Shown piece by piece: positions 28,351 through 34,583 of a stretch of DNA of 64,000 bases. The position numbers and the translations under genes were made by a program. This DNA is from a virus. The first letter of the stretch is position 1, and every line of letters begins with the position of its first letter. Where the stretch lies: IMG/VR virus record IMGVR_UViG_3300043788_000040, positions 1 to 64,000 of that record. One strand, written 5' to 3'. The notes beneath the pieces were generated by a model. The model saw only the letters and a program-made list of their open reading frames with translations. It was not told the origin of the DNA and did not search any database.

Positions 28351-29283
28351 ATGGCGATCCCGGCTACAAACAAAATCATCGCAACGTTTGGTACTCCCTA
28401 CATTCGGGATACCTTCCAGCGACATACCGACCAGTTCACTGCATCGCTGCGCACCATTGAAGAGGGGCTTCAAGCCGGGAAAATCTGGAACCAAGAATTC
28501 CTCACGGCGAAAAGCTACATTGCAGGTGGGTGCGAGCACGCACAACACGTTGCCTCAGACCCGGCTCGTGGCGAAGAACGTACACACTCTTACGGTGACT
28601 GCCGGGATGAGATCGGCTACGCCTTCTCCATGAACCAAGCGGCGAAAATGAGCCGCAACCTCAAGAAACTTTGGAAGCGCTACCCCGACACATTCACGCA
28701 GGGCATCGTTGGCTACGTTGAAGTCCTTGATCAAATTGACGATTTGTGGAAGTGGCTCCAGACCGTGAAGCCAATCATCGTGAAGGGACGCAAGCCAGCC
28801 GAGAACCCGACTCCCGTTGACATCACCAACACCGGGCACTGTGCGATCTGCGAGGCACGCTTCAAGCTGGAGCGCCACGGCGAGCGCAAGATGGTCCACC
28901 ACGGCTTCCGCATCAGCGACCGCATGGGTCATTACTACGGGCACCGCAGCGGCAAGTGCTTCGGCTACGGCTACCAGCCTTACGAACTTTCAAACAAGGC
29001 GAACATTGCGTACAAGTATTTTCTGGAACAGGAACTCAAGGACGCCGAACGGTATCTCGGCGATCTGAAAGCCAGTGTACCGGACACGCTGCCAGTTCTG
29101 GAATATCAGAAGGGCATCGCCAATCCTGTCCCGGTCAGGTACGAGCGTGGCACTAAGAAATACGAGGACGAGCGCCAGCACCTTATCTGGCAAGTTGAAT
29201 CCGAGATTCGCTGGTTGAACGATCAGATTCCGTACCAGCAAAAGCGCATAGACTCATGGCACTTGCAAACTTTGGCTGATTGA
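28351..29283 (+). CDS. Hypothetical early protein with Zn-binding motif
   Basis: CAIC...HHGF...C motif; 310 aa. Confidence 0.7.
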   Translation: MAIPATNKIIATFGTPYIRDTFQRHTDQFTASLRTIEEGLQAGKIWNQEFLTAKSYIAGGCEHAQHVASDPARGEERTHSYGDCRDEIGYAFSMNQAAKMSRNLKKLWKRYPDTFTQGIVGYVEVLDQIDDLWKWLQTVKPIIVKGRKPAENPTPVDITNTGHCAICEARFKLERHGERKMVHHGFRISDRMGHYYGHRSGKCFGYGYQPYELSNKANIAYKYFLEQELKDAERYLGDLKASVPDTLPVLEYQKGIANPVPVRYERGTKKYEDERQHLIWQVESEIRWLNDQIPYQQKRIDSWHLQTLAD

Positions 29284-29310
29284 GGTAACATATTCAACCC
29301 GGAGAGTGAA

Positions 29311-29958
29311 ATGCCCGTTGGCGCACAGGTCAGGAAATCTGTTTACGATTCGTCCGAGGAGCTTGATCTCGTCCACAAGGCGAAGCACGGGGACGAGACC
29401 GCTTTTCGTTCGCTCTACGATGCGCACCACAGGCATGTGATCGTGACCATCACCCGGTTCGTCAAGGACGACGATGCGGCGATGGAAGCCACCAACACCG
29501 CTTTTTTCAAAGCTTGGAAAGCACTGCCGAGATTTGAGGAACAGGCGAAGTTCAGCACGTGGATAACACGCATCGCCATCAACGAAGCACGGATGCTCCT
29601 GCGCACCAACAAGAGAAGGCAGCGTGAAGTATCACTTGACACCCTGTTGTCCTACGGACCGGACGGGGAACGCTACGAGGGTTCTTCTGACGTGAGTTAT
29701 GCGCAGCGCTGGCTGGCAATCCGAGACCTAGAACTTGAAGGCATCGCCGACCGCCAGCTTCTTGAACGTGCGATTGGGAAAGTCCCGAAAAAGTTTCGTG
29801 AGATTCTCCGGCTCCGGTTTTGGGAAGGTCTGTCAGAACGTGAGATTCAGGAGAAGGTCAGTGCCAAGGAGTCCAAAGTAGTCAGCATGTCGGCTGTGAA
29901 GTCCCGCATCTTACGGGGACGCAATTTGCTCATTGAACAAGTTGAACAAATTTCATAA
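29311..29958 (+). CDS. ECF-type RNA polymerase sigma factor
   Basis: Region 2 GDETAFRSLY...FFKAW..L.RF...FSTWITRIAIN; region 4 AVKSRILRGR. Confidence 0.9.
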   Translation: MPVGAQVRKSVYDSSEELDLVHKAKHGDETAFRSLYDAHHRHVIVTITRFVKDDDAAMEATNTAFFKAWKALPRFEEQAKFSTWITRIAINEARMLLRTNKRRQREVSLDTLLSYGPDGERYEGSSDVSYAQRWLAIRDLELEGIADRQLLERAIGKVPKKFREILRLRFWEGLSEREIQEKVSAKESKVVSMSAVKSRILRGRNLLIEQVEQIS

Positions 29959-29975
29959 CGAGAGGACTTTTATCC

Positions 29976-30317
29976 GTGTACAACAAAGAGTTTTCACCCC
30001 GACCGGGCGAACGAGAAGCTGTCATAGGCGATGTTTCTACTCCCCTGTCCTTGGGCTTCCACCTGAGGATCGCGCAGCCCCACGTGGACATGCTGAACGA
30101 GTTGCCGATGTTCCGTGACCTGACCACGGCGAAGCTTTTCACGCTGCTCCCGAAGAAGTACCACAAGTTCGTGCCGCCAATCGGCGAGGATTTGCAGATC
30201 AGGGAAGCGGCATTCCAGCGGGAAGAGCGCATGGCACGGGCGGTCATAATCGGCTTGATAGCAAAGCCGGAGCACATTGAACAGCATCAGGCGCAGAGAT
30301 TCCTAGAACGGCTGTAA
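29976..30317 (+). CDS. Hypothetical protein
   Basis: GAGGA RBS before GTG. Confidence 0.6.
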   Translation: MYNKEFSPRPGEREAVIGDVSTPLSLGFHLRIAQPHVDMLNELPMFRDLTTAKLFTLLPKKYHKFVPPIGEDLQIREAAFQREERMARAVIIGLIAKPEHIEQHQAQRFLERL

Positions 30318-30337
30318 CCGAGGGCGAAAGATTCCCC

Positions 30338-30375
30338 TTGACAACTATCATCAAAAATGAGAATATCAGGTATTA
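30338..30375 (+). promoter_or_regulatory. Putative promoter(s) of the tRNA operon
   Basis: TTGACA 30338-43 with a weak -10 GAATAT at 17 nt; phage GTATT motif at 30370-74. Confidence 0.45.
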
Positions 30376-30384
30376 GGTAGAGAC

Positions 30385-30525
30385 ATGAGCTTCCTCAACG
30401 CCAATTCGACAGCAGCCGACACCATCTTCGGACGGAACGTAGTCGCCTGCGCAGGTACGGTCGCCGCTGAAGCGGCGGCGGTGAATGAGGGAGATACCAT
30501 GTCCCTTGGAGGGTTTGGCGAGTAA
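30385..30525 (+). CDS. Leader peptide (46 aa) of the tRNA-array attenuator
   Basis: MSFLNANSTAADTIFGRNVVACAGTVAAEAAAVNEGDTMSLGGFGE*; 25/46 codons are GNN; stop lies inside the antiterminator. Confidence 0.75.
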   Translation: MSFLNANSTAADTIFGRNVVACAGTVAAEAAAVNEGDTMSLGGFGE

Positions 30526-30555
30526 CTAGAGACCAAACCAAAGATTCCAAGGGAC
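30501..30555 (+). promoter_or_regulatory. Antiterminator hairpin
   Basis: GTCCCTTGGA(30501-10)/TCCAAGGGAC(30546-55) 10 bp plus GGTTTGG/CCAAACC 7 bp; shares 30549-55 with the terminator. Confidence 0.8.
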
Positions 30556-30587
30556 GAACCGAAAGATGGTTCGTCCCTTTTGTTTTT
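30549..30587 (+). terminator. Intrinsic terminator (attenuator) just upstream of the first tRNA
   Basis: AAGGGACGAACC/GGTTCGTCCCTT 12 bp stem plus TTTTGTTTTT. Confidence 0.85.
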
Positions 30588-30589
30588 GT

Positions 30590-30666
30590 ACCCGGTTAGC
30601 TCAGTTGGTTAGAGCGCTACTCTTACAAAGTAGAGGTCGTGAGTTCGAGCCTCACACTGGGTACCA
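30590..30666 (+). tRNA. tRNA-Val(TAC)
   Basis: Cloverleaf, CTACT-CTTACAA-AGTAG, TTCGAG T-loop, CCA. Confidence 0.95.
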
Positions 30667-30675
30667 GTTTTCTGT

Positions 30676-30750
30676 GGGTCGGTAGCATAATTGGGAATGC
30701 GCCTCTCTTGCAAAGAGGAAGATGGAGTTCGAATCTCCCCGTATCCACCA
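30676..30750 (+). tRNA. tRNA-Ala(TGC), bulged acceptor stem
   Basis: CCTCT-CTTGCAA-AGAGG, G3:U70, CCA. Confidence 0.85.
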
Positions 30751-30755
30751 AATTG

Positions 30756-30833
30756 TGCCGCCCCGGACGGCAGAGCAGCCGGAGCCTTCGGGCTACGGTG
30801 TTGGAGCGCATAGGCTCCTTAAGCATCCGGGCG
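30756..30833 (+). ncRNA. Unassigned structured RNA (possible pseudoknot)
   Basis: Three hairpins including a UUCG tetraloop; loop CCCGGA complementary to downstream TCCGGG. Confidence 0.45.
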
Positions 30834-30843
30834 AAAAATTTAT

Positions 30844-30920
30844 GGAGATGTAGAGGAGAGGCCGTCCTCAGGTCCCTGTCACGGACCAAATCGTGGGTTC
30901 GAATCCCATCATCTCCGCCA
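30844..30920 (+). tRNA. tRNA-Asp(GTC)
   Basis: GGTCC-CTGTCAC-GGACC, G73, CCA. Confidence 0.93.
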
Positions 30921-30925
30921 AATTT

Positions 30926-31142
30926 GGCAAACCTGCCCCAGTAGAACGGCAGCGGTGGCTGTGCAGAAGCCGGGGACAAGTGCCGATTGCATGATCGGGG
31001 ACCAAAGCTTTTCAGCCCGCGAGTGGGGCGTGACCTCTGCAAAGGGAACGTTTCGCTGATCCTAGTGGATAACGCGGGGAAGAACCACATGAGCTTGCAG
31101 GCAAGTGTGGGAGCGAGGTGCGATCCCTCCAAGATTGTTTGT
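30926..31142 (+). ncRNA. Unassigned ~215 nt multi-hairpin RNA
   Basis: Serial hairpins and a 3' T-arm-like element between tRNAs; no credible ORF. Confidence 0.4.
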
Positions 31143-31217
31143 TGCGGCGTACCCAAGTGGTAAGGGAGAGACCTGCAAAGTCTTTATTCGGGAGTTCGAT
31201 TCTCCCCGTCGCATCCA
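31143..31217 (+). tRNA. tRNA-Cys(GCA)
   Basis: GAGAC-CTGCAAA-GTCTT, U73, CCA. Confidence 0.93.
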
Positions 31218-31218
31218 C

Positions 31219-31295
31219 GGTGGCACGGTCCAGTTGGAGTGGACGCCTCCCTGTCACGGAGGAGAACGCGGGTTCAAGTCCCGCTGTCACCGCCA
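31219..31295 (+). tRNA. tRNA-Asp(GTC)
   Basis: CCTCC-CTGTCAC-GGAGG, CCA. Confidence 0.95.
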
Positions 31296-31310
31296 AGTTT
31301 AGGAGAGACG

Positions 31311-31523
31311 GTGAGGATTCTCTACGACGAGCAGCGGCATCTAATAGCAGTGCCGTACAGCGTGGAGAATCTTCACAAGGCAGCCGAGGTGCTGGGTATT
31401 AAACGCTGCTGGTTTCACAAAGACCACTATGACATTCCAAAGCGCATGGTTGCGCGGATGCCGGAGACAGTGGCAGAAAAAGTTTCGCCGCGAGAGATAG
31501 CGAGGATTGTACGCGGCAAGTGA
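31311..31523 (+). CDS. DUF4031-like small protein
   Basis: AGGAG RBS + GTG; HL....ENLH..A..LGIKR.WF...HYDI motif. Confidence 0.65.
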   Translation: MRILYDEQRHLIAVPYSVENLHKAAEVLGIKRCWFHKDHYDIPKRMVARMPETVAEKVSPREIARIVRGK

Positions 31524-31527
31524 GTTT

Positions 31528-31603
31528 GCTACGGTCGGCAAGTTGGAAAGCTATCTGCCTGCAAAGCAGACATACGTGGGTTCGAACCCCACCCGTAGCT
31601 CCA
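31528..31603 (+). tRNA. tRNA-Cys(GCA)
   Basis: TCTGC-CTGCAAA-GCAGA, U73, CCA. Confidence 0.9.
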
Positions 31604-31607
31604 AATT

Positions 31608-31956
31608 TGTACTGAGTGGGACAATCGCCGCCGCGCAAGCGGGGGAGGAAAGTCCGGGCACCATAAGCAACCGTACCAGTTAACGGCTGGGCATCCGGGT
31701 CAGAAACGGATGACGATTAGAGGACAGTGACGAACCGATTCAGTTCGGGTGAGACGACCAATCTCTACGGGGTGCAATCTCAAATAGGCCGTGAGTCCTG
31801 CTTGGACGAACAACGTCGGCGAAAGCCGATAGCAAACGGCGGGTTGAGAGCTTGAGGCGTGCAGCGATGCACGTCCTAGACGAATGATTGTCACCGTTCT
31901 GCATCTGGCGCAAGCCGATTGGAACGGTACAGAACCCGGCTTATAAACTCAGTACA
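31608..31956 (+). ncRNA. rnpB: RNase P RNA (bacterial type A-like, compact)
   Basis: P1 TGTACTGAGT/ACTCAGTACA; GAGGAAAGTCCGGGC (31645-59); ACAGAACCCGGCTTA (31929-43); P2 GACAATC/GATTGTC. Confidence 0.92.
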
Positions 31957-31963
31957 GAGTTTC

Positions 31964-32037
31964 GCGGAACTAGCTCAATGGTAGAGTCTCGGTCTTCCAA
32001 ACCGAGGACGCGGGTTCGATTCCCGTGTTCCGCTCCA
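31964..32037 (+). tRNA. tRNA-Gly(TCC)
   Basis: TCGGT-CTTCCAA-ACCGA, U73, CCA. Confidence 0.95.
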
Positions 32038-32042
32038 AGATT

Positions 32043-32118
32043 GGGGCTGTAGCTCAGTTGGGAGAGCGCATCCATGGCATGGATGAGGTCAGGGGTTCGA
32101 CCCCCCTTAGCTCCACCA
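32043..32118 (+). tRNA. tRNA-Ala(GGC)
   Basis: CATCC-ATGGCAT-GGATG, G3:U70. Confidence 0.95.
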
Positions 32119-32130
32119 GTTTTGTAGTTC

Positions 32131-32206
32131 GGGGAAGTAGCTCATTTGGGAGAGCGCATCGTTCGCAACGATGAGGTAGCGGGTTCGACCCCCGTCTTCT
32201 CCACCA
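32131..32206 (+). tRNA. tRNA-Ala(CGC)
   Basis: CATCG-TTCGCAA-CGATG, G3:U70. Confidence 0.95.
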
Positions 32207-32219
32207 GTTTTGTAGCAGT

Positions 32220-32297
32220 GCGCTGTTAGCTCAGCCCGGAGTGAGCGCTTCCTTGACATGGAAGAGGTCAGAGGTTCAAATCCTCTACGGCGCACCA
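32220..32297 (+). tRNA. tRNA-Val(GAC)
   Basis: CTTCC-TTGACAT-GGAAG, CCA. Confidence 0.93.
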
Positions 32298-32305
32298 GAT
32301 TTTAT

Positions 32306-32347
32306 GCCGGAGGTCGGAGAGATACCGACACAAACTCTCCGGCTCCA
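32306..32347 (+). ncRNA. 42 nt tRNA-like minihelix ending UCCA
   Basis: GCCGGAG/CTCCGGC 7 bp + T + CCA, internal GTCGG/CCGAC hairpin. Confidence 0.55.
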
Positions 32348-32351
32348 GATT

Positions 32352-32426
32352 GGCCCGGTCGTCTACTGGCTAGGACATCAGCCTTTCAAGCTGGGGAAGG
32401 GGGATCGAAACCCCCTCGGGCTACCA
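32352..32426 (+). tRNA. tRNA-Glu(TTC)
   Basis: TCAGC-CTTTCAA-GCTGG, CCA. Confidence 0.92.
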
Positions 32427-32435
32427 AATTTGAGG

Positions 32436-32510
32436 GCGCGATTAGCTCAGTGGGAGAGCGCTCGCTTCACACGCGAGAGGTCGCAGGTTCAAACCCTGCA
32501 TTGCGCACCA
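32436..32510 (+). tRNA. tRNA-Val(CAC)
   Basis: CTCGC-TTCACAC-GCGAG, CCA. Confidence 0.95.
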
Positions 32511-32542
32511 GTTTTGCGGTACTATAGTAGAGAGGCTTCAAA

Positions 32543-32616
32543 GCGGAATTTGCATAATGGTAGTGCGAGACCTTGCCAAGGTCTAGGCACGGGTTCGATT
32601 CCCGTATTCCGCTCCA
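32543..32616 (+). tRNA. tRNA-Gly(GCC)
   Basis: AGACC-TTGCCAA-GGTCT, U73. Confidence 0.95.
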
Positions 32617-32631
32617 AATTTTGAGTAGTAC

Positions 32632-32705
32632 GCGGGCGTGGTTCAATGGTAGAATTGGAGCTTCCCAAGCTTCGGACGTGGGTTCGATTCCCATCGCCCG
32701 CTCCA
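32632..32705 (+). tRNA. tRNA-Gly(CCC)
   Basis: GGAGC-TTCCCAA-GCTTC, U73. Confidence 0.95.
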
Positions 32706-32719
32706 GATTAGAGGCTCTC

Positions 32720-33424
32720 TTGGAATCGCTGTACAACGTCAACGGACTGATCTTCTGGGGTGAGCGGGAGATCAACGCACGCAAGATAGTGGAGAGCCAC
32801 TTAGTTCAGGCGGTCAAGGACAGCCTGAAGAGCATGAACCGGGCGTGGGAGTTCTTCCAGGTGGAGGCTCCGATCCTGACGCCAAAGCCGTTCGTGAACC
32901 CGAACTACACGGACGAGGACTTGTTTGCGACAGGCGGCACGGCGAAGGACAGCGACGGGACGGATGTGGCGCTGATTGCCCGTCCTGAGACCACAATGGG
33001 TTCTTACGCGTGCGCGAGGTACCTGTTGAACCCGCACAACGAAACAAAGGTGCGGATGCCTCTGGTGGTCTGGCAGCATGGCAAGAGCTTCCGGCGTGAG
33101 CAAGACCAGCCGACAAAGTTCATGCGGCTGAAAGAGTTTAACCAGCTTGAGTTTCAGTGCATCTACAGTCCGACGACTGCGATGGACTACAGCTTGAAGC
33201 TGCTCGCGGATGTCGCCATCGCGCTGACGAAGTTGGTAGGCGAGACGAGGATCACGCCGAGCGATAGGCTGCCGGACTACAGCGAGTCCACGATAGACAT
33301 TGAACACGCTGAGAGCGGTATGGAGCTTTGCTCCTGCTCAAGGCGCAAGGATTTTGAAGGTGCGAAGGTTCTAGAAGTTGCGGTGGGCACCGACCGCGTT
33401 GTGAAACATTTTCTGGGCGTGTAG
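32720..33424 (+). CDS. Glycyl-tRNA synthetase-like class II aaRS catalytic core (no anticodon-binding domain)
   Basis: GAGG RBS + TTG; VEAPILTP, RPETT, motif 2 SFRRE...MRLKEFNQLEFQ, motif 3 EVAVGTDR. Confidence 0.75.
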   Translation: MESLYNVNGLIFWGEREINARKIVESHLVQAVKDSLKSMNRAWEFFQVEAPILTPKPFVNPNYTDEDLFATGGTAKDSDGTDVALIARPETTMGSYACARYLLNPHNETKVRMPLVVWQHGKSFRREQDQPTKFMRLKEFNQLEFQCIYSPTTAMDYSLKLLADVAIALTKLVGETRITPSDRLPDYSESTIDIEHAESGMELCSCSRRKDFEGAKVLEVAVGTDRVVKHFLGV

Positions 33425-33490
33425 CTCAACTGGGAGAGCGCGTGCTTTGCAAGCATGAGGTAGCAGGTTCGACCCCTGTCACGTCCACCA
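33415..33490 (+). tRNA. tRNA-Ala(TGC)
   Basis: CGTGC-TTTGCAA-GCATG, G3:U70; overlaps the aaRS-like stop codon. Confidence 0.95.
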
Positions 33491-33495
33491 ATTTT

Positions 33496-33571
33496 GGGGC
33501 TATAGTGCAGCGGCCTAGCACATCACCCTCTCACGGTGAAAACGCGGGTTCAAATCCCGCTAGCCCTACCA
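33496..33571 (+). tRNA. tRNA-Glu(CTC)
   Basis: TCACC-CTCTCAC-GGTGA, CCA. Confidence 0.95.
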
Positions 33572-33618
33572 ATTTCAAACCCATAGTGTGATTGTTTGTC
33601 GCCGGGATGCGACGCCCT

Positions 33619-33780
33619 ATGGACAAGCGTTGTCTGCACTGTAACGAAGTGATGGATGATGAGCGCGAGAAATACGTAGGCGTTTGCTTCCGGTGCCGCA
33701 GGTTCGGGCTTCTCACCGGAAAATTCCCCAAAAGCTTGGAAGAAAGAAAACGTTGGGAAGAGGGTCTTAAAAACGGCTGA
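33619..33780 (+). CDS. Small Zn-finger protein
   Basis: CLHC...CFRC. Confidence 0.5.
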   Translation: MDKRCLHCNEVMDDEREKYVGVCFRCRRFGLLTGKFPKSLEERKRWEEGLKNG

Positions 33781-34042
33781 TCCAGCGCCGCCCGAGCCGC
33801 CCGGCTTTCTTGGCAGCACGAGTAGCCGTCCTTCCGGCCTTAGGGCAGTCAATCAGTTTCGCCGAGCAGCGTGGAAGCTCCCCGCCCCTCGGACCCGCCC
33901 CGAAGTACTTTCCCGGTCTCCCGCAACCATACTGGCACAGGACTTCCCCGGATTCTGGCGTGTTCATGCGGTGGTCAAACTCCTCGTCGGTCTCTGCTGG
34001 CTGAGTGTCCTCGGGGAAGGCGGTCTGGAATTTCTCGTCCAT
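33767..34042 (-). CDS. Hypothetical protein with CxxGC motif
   Basis: CQYGCG...C......C; fills the gap between divergent genes. Confidence 0.5.
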   Translation of the reverse strand: MDEKFQTAFPEDTQPAETDEEFDHRMNTPESGEVLCQYGCGRPGKYFGAGPRGGELPRCSAKLIDCPKAGRTATRAAKKAGRLGRRWISRF

Positions 34043-34076
34043 ACTGAAGATTTCAGTATTTGGTAGAGAGGTTTCT

Positions 34077-34583
34077 ATGGCTAAAGCAAAGGCTCAATTG
34101 AAGGTCATTTACCACGAATTCTTCTGCGACGACGTGCTCAGCGAGTTTGACGGGTTCTTTGAGATCGTCAACGGCAAGGTGGAGTACGTCACCGGGTGGT
34201 TCGCCAACGACGCCAACTGGCGCGGCGAGTACATGGGCGGTCTGATAGAGCACTTCGGCGGTGACGTGCAATCCCTGCCTGAGAAGCACTACAAAGCAGC
34301 CCGCACCTTGGCGGCGAAGGCCTACGGCATAGATGAGCAGGAAGACCACGACGGTGAGTACGAGTACGTCCAGCTTTACTTCCGCAAGGGAACGTCCGAC
34401 AAGGTTTACTACATCAACCTGTCCCGTGACGACAACGGCTGGTTCGTCAACGTAGAGTACGGGCGTCGCAACGGTACTCTCAAGGACGAGATGAAGTGCG
34501 AGGCGACCCACTACACGGAAGCCAAGGGAATTTACGACAGCATTCTGAACGAGAAGCTCAAGAAAGGCTACAAACGCAAGTGA
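34077..34583 (+). CDS. WGR-domain protein
   Basis: LYFRKGTSDKVY.I...WFV.VEYGRRNG....EKLKKGY. Confidence 0.75.
   Translation: MAKAKAQLKVIYHEFFCDDVLSEFDGFFEIVNGKVEYVTGWFANDANWRGEYMGGLIEHFGGDVQSLPEKHYKAARTLAAKAYGIDEQEDHDGEYEYVQLYFRKGTSDKVYYINLSRDDNGWFVNVEYGRRNGTLKDEMKCEATHYTEAKGIYDSILNEKLKKGYKRK

Noticed and set aside
30400-30590. T-box riboswitch as the regulator
   Set aside because: No UGGNACC T-box bulge or stem I motifs are present; the open leader ORF explains the structure better.
30921-31142. tmRNA, SRP RNA or c-di-GMP-I riboswitch
   Set aside because: There is no G3:U70 acceptor pair, no SRP helix-8 motif, and GGCAAACC...GGGACCAAAGC lacks the GEMM spacing and GAAA loop.
30623-32719. 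ORF-track entries overlapping tRNAs/rnpB, including the 32573 start of the aaRS-like ORF
   Set aside because: They are shadows of RNA genes; the aaRS-like gene has an RBS and TTG at 32720.
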